From Minisyncoccota bacterium (GTDB lineage Bacteria > Patescibacteriota > Minisyncoccia > Phycocordibacterales > UBA9973), in assembly GCA_041657445.1 (NCBI GenBank), contig JBBABV010000002.1, positions 3,364 through 67,363 of the forward strand: a stretch of 64,000 nt of DNA. Direction: 5' to 3'. A program made the translations under genes and the position numbers. Positions 19,436 to 29,572 of this stretch are shown here, piece by piece (the first letter of the stretch is position 1; each line of letters opens with the position of its first letter). The notes under the pieces were generated by a model that did no database searches, was not told where the DNA came from, and was given only the letters and a program-made list of their open reading frames with translations.

Positions 19436-21234
19436 ATCTCTTTTGGTTTATATAGTTCCTTAAAAATTTTGCGATATACATTCAGGATAACTTCAGGGAT
19501 TGGTTTTATTTTTACCTTTGGTATATCTTCAAAATCTGATTCATCGACCGTATGATCATAACTAAATATATAAATACTGATAATTTTTTTATTCTTCTTT
19601 AAAACCTTTTTTGCCTCCTCGATTTCATTTTCATCAAAAATTATCATCGTTGCCTTATCTATTGATTCATAAAGTGCAAAATCTTTATTTGAAATTATCT
19701 TATCGAATGTTTCCTCTGAAAGACAAAGCATTTCTACTGCTTTTCTAACGAAATCCCTCTTGTCTTTATCTGTTTTAATTTTGTCTATGAATTCTGTCTT
19801 GAAAAATCTTAAATTACCTCCTAATCCTTTCTTTTTTCCATATCCATTAATTACATTTATAATTCTAGGGTACAAAACAGTTGTCATTATTTTATGAGAG
19901 CCGTTTTCGTCTTTATCATTTGTACATAGAATAAATTTTCTTTTTTGTCCATCTTTTTCATTTAAATTTAATACCGCGTGCCCTGTCGAACCAGATCCAG
20001 CAAAAAAATCCAAAATAGTTGCATTTTCGTAAGGGTAAAGAGAGAACATTCTTTCCAGGAAAGCTATAGGTTTTTTACTTCTGAATTTTACTCCTCCTTC
20101 AGATGAGAGTCCTTGCCAAGTAAGATCATCCCAAAGAGTTCCTGCTTTTTCTTGTTTTATTAACTTATCGCCAATTTTTTGAGTTGTATCACTGAGCCAA
20201 TTTACTAAATCACATTTCAAATAATAATTTGTCGCAATTGTACCTTTATTTTTCCCACTTCTTGGCGTGTATTCAATAGAATACAAGTCTCTAGAATTTT
20301 CTGTTGCTGTATTTACTCTAGTTCGAATAGATGATTGGGCTGGTTGAAGTCTAAAAATCTTATCTAAATGGTTTAAGTAAACCTCTTTCTCTGTGCAATT
20401 ATTTTCTTTAGCAAAAGCTTTTAAAGTTAAAACCTTATATTTAGCATGTTTGTATATTTTTATATCCTTACCACTACCATCTTTTATTACTTTATATAGT
20501 TTTTTAGATCCCAAATCTTTTAGAACACTTTTATACTCAAAAGATTTTCCATCTTCCTCTTTTTCATCGATGATATCAAAAAGATTTCTTTTAATATAAA
20601 CAGGTTGGTATTTAAAAAAGTTTCTATTTTTTGCATAAAAAAGTAAAAATTCTATATTTTTCTTTAGTTTTTTATCTTCTCCACCTCCACTAGCGCCAGA
20701 AGATGTTTTTGTTTTTACTGTTATACAATTAATAAAATTTTCACGACCGAATATTTCATCCATTAAAATCTTTAATTGTGCAAATTCGTTTTCATCAATA
20801 CTTACAAACATAAAACCTGTATCTTTCAACAATCGTTTAGAAAGAAGAAGTCTCTTTTGCATGAAAGATAACCATTTTGAATGACGGTAATGATCTTCTG
20901 TATCAATAAATTTATCATTGTACATAAAATCTTTATCTCCAGTATTATAAGGTGGGTCAATGTAGATTATGTCTATCTTTTTTTTATGAGTATAATTTAA
21001 AACAGATAAAGATTCATAATTATCACCCTGTATTAAAATATTTGTCTCACCATTGTTATTCAAAATAGACTTTTTTTCATCATAAGAAATCACGGGTAAC
21101 ATTTGTTTGCATTTTTCAGCAACATCTTCATCTTTTGGTTCCCAAACAATTCCAAATTTTTTACGCTTTAATAACAAGTCCACATAGTGAACCAATTTAT
21201 CTTTAGACCATTCGTGATGAGGTTTCTTTTTCAT
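19432..21234 (-). CDS. mod: Type III R-M methyltransferase Mod
   Basis: IYIDPPYNTG, HSKWLSFM, LDFFAGSGSTG; overlaps res start. Confidence 0.9.
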   Translation of the reverse strand: MKKKPHHEWSKDKLVHYVDLLLKRKKFGIVWEPKDEDVAEKCKQMLPVISYDEKKSILNNNGETNILIQGDNYESLSVLNYTHKKKIDIIYIDPPYNTGDKDFMYNDKFIDTEDHYRHSKWLSFMQKRLLLSKRLLKDTGFMFVSIDENEFAQLKILMDEIFGRENFINCITVKTKTSSGASGGGEDKKLKKNIEFLLFYAKNRNFFKYQPVYIKRNLFDIIDEKEEDGKSFEYKSVLKDLGSKKLYKVIKDGSGKDIKIYKHAKYKVLTLKAFAKENNCTEKEVYLNHLDKIFRLQPAQSSIRTRVNTATENSRDLYSIEYTPRSGKNKGTIATNYYLKCDLVNWLSDTTQKIGDKLIKQEKAGTLWDDLTWQGLSSEGGVKFRSKKPIAFLERMFSLYPYENATILDFFAGSGSTGHAVLNLNEKDGQKRKFILCTNDKDENGSHKIMTTVLYPRIINVINGYGKKKGLGGNLRFFKTEFIDKIKTDKDKRDFVRKAVEMLCLSEETFDKIISNKDFALYESIDKATMIIFDENEIEEAKKVLKKNKKIISIYIFSYDHTVDESDFEDIPKVKIKPIPEVILNVYRKIFKELYKPKEI

Positions 21235-21236
21235 AG

Positions 21237-21443
21237 TTATTTCAAAAGTTCGTTAGTAGATACACCCAACACCTTAGCTAAGCTAGTAATGGTTGAAAGA
21301 GTCGGATTGTTTTTTCCGTTCTCGATATTGCTCACAAAAGATCGATCAACGCCCAATATTCTGGCGAGTTCTATTTGGCTAATATCTTTTTTGATCCTAA
21401 GTTTTTTGAGATTTTCTCCCAACTTTTTGGCATCATCTTTCAT
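21237..21443 (-). CDS. XRE-family HTH regulator (R-M controller-like)
   Basis: SQIELARILGVDRSFVSNIENGKNNPTL; heads the mod-res operon. Confidence 0.85.
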   Translation of the reverse strand: MKDDAKKLGENLKKLRIKKDISQIELARILGVDRSFVSNIENGKNNPTLSTITSLAKVLGVSTNELLK

Positions 21444-21475
21444 AAAAAGATTATAGCACACTTTGTTGTAATATA

Positions 21476-21520
21476 AAACAACAAAAAACACCTTCGTAAA
21501 TGAAAGTGTTTTTTGTTTGT
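21476..21520 (-). terminator. Terminator downstream of tRNA-Gln
   Basis: ACAAAAAACAC..TTC / GAA..GTGTTTTTTGT inverted repeat. Confidence 0.6.
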
Positions 21521-21549
21521 AAACTAGCTATCTTTGAGCTAGCTCAAGT

Positions 21550-21623
21550 TGGCTGGGAGACTAGGACTCGAACCTAGATAAATGGATCCAGAATCCATGG
21601 TCCTACCATTAGACGATCTCCCA
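21550..21623 (-). tRNA. tRNA-Gln(CTG)
   Basis: Cloverleaf TGGGAGA...TCTCCCAGCCA; anticodon loop TT-CTG-GA; GGTTCGAGTCC. Confidence 0.95.
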
Positions 21624-21814
21624 ATGATTATCATTGCCCTTCCTAACAATAGTACAAAAAGGGGTTTTTATCAAATATTGCACAGGGTTAGTATACAATT
21701 GACACTAGATAGGAATGAAAACAAACCACATATTACGATTGGACAGTACACAATTTTGCCCATTAATACTAAAAACTTAACTCCATATGTGTATATACAT
21801 TATCCACACCCTCC

Positions 21815-21845
21815 TTGACAATAATGTTAGAAAAATATAACATTA
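21815..21845 (+). promoter_or_regulatory. Sigma70 promoter with overlapping palindromic operator
   Basis: TTGACA-17-TAACAT; TAATGTTA-N8-TAACATTA (21822-21845), probably bound by the HTH protein at 22373. Confidence 0.65.
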
Positions 21846-21914
21846 GGTATTTGGTAAATGCCTTTCTAACTTTTAAAAAGAGCATCATTATAAAAAAATA
21901 ACAAGCATAACAAA

Positions 21915-22376
21915 ATGTCAAAAAAACAATTCAAGATCATTCAAATATGTATTGCAGTTATACTCGCATTGATATTTAGTCAATCAATTATTTTAGAGAA
22001 CTATTTCATCCCTATCATTGCTGTTCTAATAGGTCTTGGGCTACTCTTGTGGCTAAAAACAAAAGTAAAAGATGTGTTAGCAGATGAGAGAGATTGGCAA
22101 ATAGGAGGAAAATCAGCAATCCTTTCTCTTCAAATCTTCTCCGGAGTGATGGTGCCAATAATCTTCGTCCTCTACATCTTAAAAGATACCAATCCTACCT
22201 TTGAACCAATCGCTATGGCTTTATCATTCTCAGTCGTTTTCATTATGCTTCTTTACTCTTTGATATTTACATATCTTTCAAAGTATAAATTTGGTGACAA
22301 GAAATCCTTTTACTTGTCGCTTGCTGTATTTATTTTACTCATTTCATTTCTACTTGGTATGAGATTCATAAAATGA
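21915..22376 (+). CDS. DUF2178-like membrane protein
   Basis: Multi-TM protein with DER motif, paired with a Cro/C1 HTH gene. Confidence 0.65.
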   Translation: MSKKQFKIIQICIAVILALIFSQSIILENYFIPIIAVLIGLGLLLWLKTKVKDVLADERDWQIGGKSAILSLQIFSGVMVPIIFVLYILKDTNPTFEPIAMALSFSVVFIMLLYSLIFTYLSKYKFGDKKSFYLSLAVFILLISFLLGMRFIK

Positions 22377-22567
22377 AAAACAACATCAAAGAATTAAGAA
22401 ACAAAGCAAAACTGACCCAAGAAGAACTTGCTTATATAGTGGGAGTAAGAAGAGAAACGATCCTCTTCCTTGAACAAGGAAAATACAATCCTTCTCTTCG
22501 GCTTGCCTATGATATATCAAAGGTTTTCAAGATGAGTATTGAAGAGGTTTTTTCATTTAAGAAATAA
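22373..22567 (+). CDS. Cro/C1-type HTH regulator
   Basis: [25 protein letters not shown]. Confidence 0.9.
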   Translation: MKNNIKELRNKAKLTQEELAYIVGVRRETILFLEQGKYNPSLRLAYDISKVFKMSIEEVFSFKK

Positions 22568-22583
22568 CAGTTATAATAATAAA

Positions 22584-22844
22584 ATGAAAATATCAGTAAA
22601 AGCGAAGACAAAGGCGAAGGAAGAAAAAGTTGAGAAATTAAATCAGCCCTCTCTTCCCTTTTCTAAAAAAGAAAAAGAAGAACTGCCAATCTACAAAGTG
22701 TCGGTAAAGGAAGCACCTGAACACGGAAAAGCAAACATTGCAATCATCAAACTCTTATCAAAGTATTTTGATGTCCCATATTCTTCTATCACTCTCATCT
22801 CTGGGCAAACTTCCAAGCAAAAAGTCTTTGAGATTTTTGAATAG
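22584..22844 (+). CDS. DUF167 / YggU family protein
   Basis: VKEAPEHGKAN, ISGQTSKQK. Confidence 0.85.
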   Translation: MKISVKAKTKAKEEKVEKLNQPSLPFSKKEKEELPIYKVSVKEAPEHGKANIAIIKLLSKYFDVPYSSITLISGQTSKQKVFEIFE

Positions 22845-22935
22845 GTATTTCCTAAAAATATCATTTTCAAAACTTAAGAAACCCAACCCCTCCAAACTAA
22901 ATGCGATTTTTCAACTTTTTTGTTAGAATGAATCC

Positions 22936-23940
22936 ATGCCTAACATAGAGTATTCAATCATCGTATCAGGACTTACAAAGAAATTCACCTTTCCAGTGAA
23001 GAGTTCTTCTCATTCGTGGTTCATAAATCTCTTTAAGCCAGAGAAGAGAGAGGTCACTGCTGTAAACGATATCTCTTTTAAGGTAGCAAAAGGTGAAAGG
23101 GTAGCTTTCATCGGACCAAACGGTGCAGGCAAATCTACTACTATTAAGATGCTTTCAGGTATACTCTTCCCTACTTCAGGAGACATCTCCGTGCTTGGAC
23201 TTGACCCAAAGACAGAGAGGAAAAAGCTAGCATACAGGGTAGGGACAGTCTTCGGACAGAGATCTCAGCTTTTACCAAATCTTCCACTCACTGATTCATT
23301 GGAATTCTATGGTGTGATGTATGACTTGAGTAAGATTGAGATTAAAAAAAGAATTGAAGAATTAACAAATCTCTTTGACCTAGTTTCTTTTATAGACCAA
23401 CCAGTGAGAAAACTTTCATTAGGACAGCGAATGAAGGGAGAGATAGCAGTATCACTCATTCACAAACCTGACATCATATTCTTAGACGAGCCAACCATAG
23501 GGCTTGATGTAGTAGCCAAGAAATCCTTGAGAGACCTTCTACTTAAAATCAACCAAGAAGAGAAGACTACCATATTCTTAACTTCTCATGATGTAGGAGA
23601 TATTGAATCACTATGTGAGAGAACTGTAATCATAAATCACGGTGCAATCATCAAAGACATCTCTACCAGCGAACTTTCAAAATCATTTGTAAAGGAGAAA
23701 AATATTGAAGTCATCCCACTTGAGAGTTTAGAAGAATTTCCATCTCTTCCTCTCGGACTTCGCTATAGTATCAAAGAAAAGAATCGGATAGTGGTCACAG
23801 TTGATTTAGAGAAGATAGAAGTACAGGATTCCCTTCGTAATCTTTTAGGATTATTCAGTGTAGACGACATAGATGTATATGATACAGATTTAGAAACGAT
23901 AATTAGAAATATATATGAAAACACTTCGTCTAGGAAGTAA
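22936..23940 (+). CDS. ABC transporter ATP-binding protein
   Basis: GPNGAGKST, LSLGQRM, FLDEPT, TSH. Confidence 0.93.
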   Translation: MPNIEYSIIVSGLTKKFTFPVKSSSHSWFINLFKPEKREVTAVNDISFKVAKGERVAFIGPNGAGKSTTIKMLSGILFPTSGDISVLGLDPKTERKKLAYRVGTVFGQRSQLLPNLPLTDSLEFYGVMYDLSKIEIKKRIEELTNLFDLVSFIDQPVRKLSLGQRMKGEIAVSLIHKPDIIFLDEPTIGLDVVAKKSLRDLLLKINQEEKTTIFLTSHDVGDIESLCERTVIINHGAIIKDISTSELSKSFVKEKNIEVIPLESLEEFPSLPLGLRYSIKEKNRIVVTVDLEKIEVQDSLRNLLGLFSVDDIDVYDTDLETIIRNIYENTSSRK

Positions 23941-24715
23941 AATAATAGGCACACTGGTAAAGGATAGGATTTATTATCCAAATCAATCTTTTGCTGAAAT
24001 TATCGGAATATTCTCTCGATGCGTAGTCCTTCTTCTTCTTTATTGGTATGTGTATAAAATTAACGATGGAACCATAAACGGAACTACATTCACTCCTGTC
24101 GCTTGGAGTATGTTCTTTTACTTCATACTATTAGTTCTAAATTTAAGAAAGGTTGCTAATGAAATAATGCAAGATGTCGTATCAGGAAAAGTAGAAACAC
24201 TCTTTAGTAAACCTGTATCATATCTATTCTATCGTTCTTTTTGGCAAATAGGTATAGGAATATACTCATTTGTATTAATTACAATACTTGGAGGGATAAC
24301 ATTGTATTTTTTAGTTGGACTACCAGATATAATGTATCAAGTTATGTTTCTTCCGACACTTCTAGGCACTTTGGTTCTCGGAAGCATTCTTTGCCTTTTA
24401 GTTTACATAGCAGTAGGACTGTTAGCATTTTGGATGGAAGATATCAATCCTGTATTTTGGTTAATAGATAAAGCAGTGATGATATTAGGTGGTTCATATC
24501 TACCTGTCGCCTTATTCCCAGAGCTTATGTATAAGATAGCAATATACAGTCCATTCGGTGCATTATACTTTATAACTCACACTGTATATGACAGTTGGGA
24601 GATTGATTGGCTTTTTAAAATGGGAATGCAATTAGCATGGATAGGTATCATGTCCTTAATAGTGTTTTTCCTTTTTAAAAAAGCGAGGAAAAAGGTTTCA
24701 GTAAATGGAGGATAA
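23915..24715 (+). CDS. ABC-2 type permease
   Basis: Multi-TM, LGGSYLP; operonic with the ATPase. Confidence 0.85.
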   Translation: MKTLRLGSKIIGTLVKDRIYYPNQSFAEIIGIFSRCVVLLLLYWYVYKINDGTINGTTFTPVAWSMFFYFILLVLNLRKVANEIMQDVVSGKVETLFSKPVSYLFYRSFWQIGIGIYSFVLITILGGITLYFLVGLPDIMYQVMFLPTLLGTLVLGSILCLLVYIAVGLLAFWMEDINPVFWLIDKAVMILGGSYLPVALFPELMYKIAIYSPFGALYFITHTVYDSWEIDWLFKMGMQLAWIGIMSLIVFFLFKKARKKVSVNGG

Positions 24716-24720
24716 AAAAA

Positions 24721-25515
24721 ATGTTAAAAGAATTAAAATTTGCATTTTATGCAATTAAAAAGAATTTTCAGAATGGATTAGAGCTACGAACTAGCTTCTT
24801 TACGAATGTCTTTGGTATGGCTATTAACAATACTGCTTTCATCATCATCTGGGTATCTTTTACTAAATCAATAGGAATACTAAATGGGTGGACAGCAATA
24901 GATATCATCGGACTAATAGGATTCAGTTCTCTTACATTTGGACTTACATTTTCATTTGCATCAGGATTTAGAAAATTATCAGAGTATGTGACTATGGGTA
25001 GTTTTGATAGATATATCCTTTCTCCTAAGAACCTCATCTTAAGAATTGCTACTTCTTGGTTTAGCCCATCAGGAATTGGAGACATTGTATTTGGAATTAT
25101 CACCCTTATTATTTATGGAATCCTCATTTCTGCCACAGCATTCCAGATATTTTTAATATTCATTCTTTCTATCACAGCCACTATATGTATGATAGCCATA
25201 TCTATCACTATATTTTCTGCAAGTTTTCTCTTCGCTGATTCTAGAGCTATCACTGATGGATTACTTCACTTCTTCTTAAGTCCTTCCCTCTTTCACGGAG
25301 GTGCATTCCAAGGAGGGATTAGATTTGTGTTTACCTTCCTCGTTCCATCTCTCGTAGTTGGAGCACTTCCAGTGGAAGCATTAAAGGATATTGATATACT
25401 AAAAGTTCTCTTGATACTCTTTATATCTGTGATTTGGTTCTATATTTCTGTGAAGATTTTCTACAAAGGTGTAGAAAAATATGAAAGCACAAACTTTATG
25501 ACTTTTGGAAATTAG
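24721..25515 (+). CDS. ABC-2 type permease
   Basis: Multi-TM, G.FDRYILSP. Confidence 0.85.
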   Translation: MLKELKFAFYAIKKNFQNGLELRTSFFTNVFGMAINNTAFIIIWVSFTKSIGILNGWTAIDIIGLIGFSSLTFGLTFSFASGFRKLSEYVTMGSFDRYILSPKNLILRIATSWFSPSGIGDIVFGIITLIIYGILISATAFQIFLIFILSITATICMIAISITIFSASFLFADSRAITDGLLHFFLSPSLFHGGAFQGGIRFVFTFLVPSLVVGALPVEALKDIDILKVLLILFISVIWFYISVKIFYKGVEKYESTNFMTFGN

Positions 25516-25544
25516 AAATAATTGCTATAATCTATATACAAAAT

Positions 25545-26456
25545 ATGTCATACACCATTCGCAACCTTGAACACGGAAGATGGATTGATATTCAGAAACC
25601 AACTGAAATAGATATAGAATTCCTAAAGAAGGAATTCCCTTTCATTCACCCTACGAATCTTGAAGACTCGCTTGAGCGAGTACAACACTCAAAAATGGAC
25701 ATCAATGAGAAATATCTATTCCTCTCCACTGTAATTCCTATGGGAATAGAACCAGTAAAAAAGATGACAAGCTTTGAGGTATCTTTCTTCTTAACAAACA
25801 ACGACCTCATCACCATCACCCACCAAGAAACTAGTTTATTCACCTCCGAACAAGCCGATGAAGGAGAAATAGCAGATATCTCTCTTCCTGAAACACCAGT
25901 ACTTCTAATGTATAGATTCCTTGAAAAGCTTTATGAAATGTCTGACAAAAATATCACAAAGATAACCAAGGCTGTTCAGCGAATTGATGACACTATTTTA
26001 GTAGTGAAGTCACCCGATATCATCAGAGAGATTGCTTTTCTTCAAAGAAACATTATTTATTTCATCACCACTTTAGTTACCACCATTCCTCTCTTTGTTG
26101 AACTTGAGAAAAAGGACCTTTCATACGATAAATCAGGAATGAAGGAATACTGGGGAGATATTGCTGACAAGTTAAATAGTCAGAAAGACACCCTTGAGGA
26201 TTATAATCTCCTACTGAGAACATTATCAAAAGCACACGAGATGTTCATCAATCACAGAATGAATAGTATAATGTCAGTTCTTACTGTGTTCTCTGTTATC
26301 TTTCTTCCTCTTAATCTAATAGCAGGTATATATGGAATGAATTTAAATTATTTACCCTTTGCAGATAGTGCAAATGGTTTTATTGAAATCACATTCTTAA
26401 TGGTATTGGTAGCAGTAGGATTATTTTCTTTCTTTAAATTAAGAGAATGGATTTAA
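25545..26456 (+). CDS. corA: CorA-family Mg2+ transporter
   Basis: YGMN signature between two C-terminal TMs. Confidence 0.9.
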   Translation: MSYTIRNLEHGRWIDIQKPTEIDIEFLKKEFPFIHPTNLEDSLERVQHSKMDINEKYLFLSTVIPMGIEPVKKMTSFEVSFFLTNNDLITITHQETSLFTSEQADEGEIADISLPETPVLLMYRFLEKLYEMSDKNITKITKAVQRIDDTILVVKSPDIIREIAFLQRNIIYFITTLVTTIPLFVELEKKDLSYDKSGMKEYWGDIADKLNSQKDTLEDYNLLLRTLSKAHEMFINHRMNSIMSVLTVFSVIFLPLNLIAGIYGMNLNYLPFADSANGFIEITFLMVLVAVGLFSFFKLREWI

Positions 26457-26505
26457 AAAGGGGAAAACTAATAGACATATTTAGAAATAAACTGGTATAA
26501 TTCAT

Positions 26506-26904
26506 ATGATGAATTCCGCAACAAACAAAGAAAATATTCTCATAATAGAAGATGATAGTAATCTTGTTTCTTTACTCTCAGGAAGACTTGAGTCTGCAGG
26601 ATACAAAACAGAAATAGCAACAGACGGAGAAAAAGCATTGATAGAGATAGAAAAAAAGCCAGATTTGATTCTGCTTGATATTATGCTTCCCAAATTAAGT
26701 GGTCTTGATGTTATGAAAATAATCAGAGAGAAAGATGAATGGGGTAAAAAAGTTCCGATTATTATCACCAGTAATTTAAATCCTGATGATGATCATATTA
26801 TAAGTAGTGTAGCCAAATACTCCCCTGCTTTTTATCTAGTAAAAGCAAATTACTCTCTAGAGGAAATTATTGAAAAAATAAAAAGTGTTTTGCTGACAAA
26901 ATGA
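26506..26904 (+). CDS. Single-domain response regulator
   Basis: ILIIEDD, PDLILLDIMLP, YLVK. Confidence 0.9.
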   Translation: MMNSATNKENILIIEDDSNLVSLLSGRLESAGYKTEIATDGEKALIEIEKKPDLILLDIMLPKLSGLDVMKIIREKDEWGKKVPIIITSNLNPDDDHIISSVAKYSPAFYLVKANYSLEEIIEKIKSVLLTK

Positions 26905-28910
26905 AAATAAGAACAAAAATCACAATACTTACAGGTGCCTTGATTTTAGGAACAACCTTTATAGTATTAGGACAGTATTTCCTTGAAAAAGAAAGGTTAA
27001 GTGATTTTCTAAAAGAAGTTACAAGGGAAGAAAAAGATTCTTTCAATCTCCTTGTTTCTCTTTCTAGTTCAAATATATCAACACTAGCAAGAGACTATAC
27101 TTTCTGGGATGAAATGGTGGAATATGTCAACAATCCAGATCCAATTTTTGCAGAAGAGAACATAAATGAAGGGGTAAATGTATTTAATGCAAGCAGTGCC
27201 TATGTTTATAACATAGACAAAGAATTAGTTTATGTATATGACATAAATCATCAAGTTCCTTTCATTAATTTTTCAAAAGAAACATTAGAAGAATTAATGA
27301 GAAGTCGTTTCACTCACTTTTTTGCAAGAACAAATAGCAATATAACAGAATTTAGTGCTGCCACAATTCACCCAACAAATGATTCTGAAAGAATTACTAA
27401 ACCTCAAGGTCTTTTTATTGTAGGAAAGCACTGGGACAATAATTATATTAGTAATCTAGAAAATCTATCTGGAATGTCTATCATTCATGAAGGAGAAGAA
27501 ATTCCAAATGAGGAAGATTCAAGTATAAAATTTTCATACCAGATATTAGATAAAAACAATAATATAATTGAAACTTTCACAATAGTATCTCCATTACCAA
27601 TTTTTGATGATATGCAAAGAGCATCAAGAAATCAACTTCTATTTATCATTTTTTCTACACTGCTTATGCTTTTTGTAATATTTATCTCTCTTAATAGATT
27701 GGTAGGAAAACCAATTGAGTCTCTTTCAAGAAGTATAAAGAAAAAAGATATTGAATTAATGAAAAAAATGCAGAAAAGTCCTTCTGAGTTTGGAGTTCTA
27801 GCAAAATTAGTTTTAGATTTTTCAGAACATGAATTAGTGCTTCAATCAAAAGCAAAAGACGAAGCTATACTTTCAGCAGTTGGTAGTGGATTGATTGCTG
27901 TTGACAAAGAAAAAAGAATAAGTCTATTCAATGTAGCAGCTGAACATCTTTTTGGTGTAAATGCTAAAGATGCTTTAGGTAAATCAGTTGATTCAGTATT
28001 TGAAACAAGAACTCATTCTGGTTTTTCTTTCTCACCTGAAGATTTCCCCCTTTCAAAAGCATTAAGAGAAAAAAAATTAGTAAGCGAAACCGTTCAATGT
28101 ATAACAAAAGATGGAAAAAAATTCCCAGCAGTAATTACTGCTGCCCCTGTGATATTAAATAACGAGGTCATAGGAGCAGTGCAAGATTTACGTGATATCA
28201 CAAGCGAAGAAGCCCTAGAGCAAAGCAAGAGAGATTTTATTTCTCTCATTTCTCATGAATTAAGAACTCCTTTGACTAGTCTTGATTGGACAGTAGAAAA
28301 ACTAGAATCAGAAAAGAATCTTCCTCTTGATATTATTGAATCAACAATTCCATATATGAGATCTTCTTTAAATAGAATAAAAACACTTGTTTCAGCTATG
28401 ATAGAGGTCTCAAAAATTGAAAGTGGTTCTGTGATTACTGCAAGTAACGAATTAGAAATTTCTGTCCTTATTGATAATTCAATAAAGGAATTAAAACCTG
28501 GAATTGAAGCAAAAAAATTAAAAATAGAGATAAATGATGAAACTGATGATAAAGACACTGTGCTTTCTGATGAAAAATTGCTTCAAATAATCATAAATAA
28601 TCTAATATCAAATGCTGTAAGATATAGTAATGAAAATGGAATTGTTAGAATTAACATTAAGAAGGATGAAAAGGAGTTTGTAATTGATATTGCAAATACA
28701 GGTGAAGGTATTCCAGAAGAGGAACAATCAAGAATTTTCTCAAAAATGTTTAGAGCAACAAATGCAAAACTAATTTCTCCAGATGGAGTAGGATTAGGAC
28801 TCTTTATAAGTAAATCATTTCTTGAAAAACTTGGTGGATCTCTCACCTTTTTGTCCATTCCAAATAAAGAAACTATTTTCAGCATCCATTTACCTGTTTT
28901 GAGAAAGTAA
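26901..28910 (+). CDS. Membrane sensor histidine kinase (CHASE4-like + PAS)
   Basis: DYTFWDE, PAS, SHELRTPL, NLISNAVRY, GVGLGL. Confidence 0.9.
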   Translation: MKIRTKITILTGALILGTTFIVLGQYFLEKERLSDFLKEVTREEKDSFNLLVSLSSSNISTLARDYTFWDEMVEYVNNPDPIFAEENINEGVNVFNASSAYVYNIDKELVYVYDINHQVPFINFSKETLEELMRSRFTHFFARTNSNITEFSAATIHPTNDSERITKPQGLFIVGKHWDNNYISNLENLSGMSIIHEGEEIPNEEDSSIKFSYQILDKNNNIIETFTIVSPLPIFDDMQRASRNQLLFIIFSTLLMLFVIFISLNRLVGKPIESLSRSIKKKDIELMKKMQKSPSEFGVLAKLVLDFSEHELVLQSKAKDEAILSAVGSGLIAVDKEKRISLFNVAAEHLFGVNAKDALGKSVDSVFETRTHSGFSFSPEDFPLSKALREKKLVSETVQCITKDGKKFPAVITAAPVILNNEVIGAVQDLRDITSEEALEQSKRDFISLISHELRTPLTSLDWTVEKLESEKNLPLDIIESTIPYMRSSLNRIKTLVSAMIEVSKIESGSVITASNELEISVLIDNSIKELKPGIEAKKLKIEINDETDDKDTVLSDEKLLQIIINNLISNAVRYSNENGIVRINIKKDEKEFVIDIANTGEGIPEEEQSRIFSKMFRATNAKLISPDGVGLGLFISKSFLEKLGGSLTFLSIPNKETIFSIHLPVLRK

Positions 28911-29016
28911 TACTCTTTTAATCTTAATCTGATATAAAAATACTTGCTCCATTACTTGCATTATGTTATGGTGGTAATAGGTCGTCTATTGTCAGTTTAA
29001 CTTTGAATTATACAAA

Positions 29017-29109
29017 ATGGATAACGATCAAAATCCAAACCCTGTTGTTCCTCCTGCAACTGAAGGAGAAGAAACAACTACTCCTGAACAGCAACAACCA
29101 GCTCAATAA
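29017..29109 (+). CDS. Small acidic peptide (30 aa)
   Basis: MDNDQNPNPVVPPATEGEETTTPEQQQPAQ; own promoter (TTGCTC-17-TATGGT) and terminator. Confidence 0.5.
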   Translation: MDNDQNPNPVVPPATEGEETTTPEQQQPAQ

Positions 29110-29126
29110 AAACTGGTACTCTGAAG

Positions 29127-29162
29127 AAACAAAGACACCCTAAAAAGGGTGTTTTTTGTTTT
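29127..29162 (+). terminator. Intrinsic terminator
   Basis: ACACCCT-aaa-AGGGTGT + T-tract. Confidence 0.75.
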
Positions 29163-29195
29163 ACTTTTTTAAATAAATCATAGTATAATATCTAT

Positions 29196-29570
29196 ATGAA
29201 AGAATATACATCAAATATAGAGGAACTCACTCTTAAAAATGAGAATTTTCGTGAAGTGCTTTACACAAGCGAAAATATGCAATTAGTATTAATGAGTCTA
29301 TTACCTAAAGAAGATATAGGAAAAGAAATACATCACTTAGACCAGTTTTTTAGAATAGAAAAAGGAACAGGAAAAGCAATTATAAATGACAATGAGTATG
29401 AACTCTCAGATGGTGTAGTAGTCATAGTACCAAGCGGAGCAATGCATAATATCATCAACACTTCTTCTACTGAAAAATTAAAACTCTACACCATATATGC
29501 TCCAAAAAACCACCCAGATGGAACAATCCATAAAACAAAATTAGAAGCAGAAAAAGACGAACACCATTAA
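29196..29570 (+). CDS. Cupin domain protein
   Basis: IGKEIHH.DQFF, G..HNI.N, KLYTIY. Confidence 0.9.
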   Translation: MKEYTSNIEELTLKNENFREVLYTSENMQLVLMSLLPKEDIGKEIHHLDQFFRIEKGTGKAIINDNEYELSDGVVVIVPSGAMHNIINTSSTEKLKLYTIYAPKNHPDGTIHKTKLEAEKDEHH

Positions 29571-29572
29571 AG

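Larger units (their letters stand above)
7901..21556. mobile_element. Integrative defence island (~13.7 kb) at tRNA-Gln(CTG)
   Basis: Flanking 18-bp direct repeats, one overlapping the tRNA CCA end; serine recombinase, terminase pair, CBASS and type III R-M inside. Confidence 0.75.

Noticed and set aside
21800-21808. Perfect DnaA box TTATCCACA as possible oriC
   Set aside because: Single box; no cluster, unwinding element or dnaA nearby
21582-21818. 78-aa ORF
   Set aside because: Antisense to tRNA-Gln and runs into promoter DNA; no protein features
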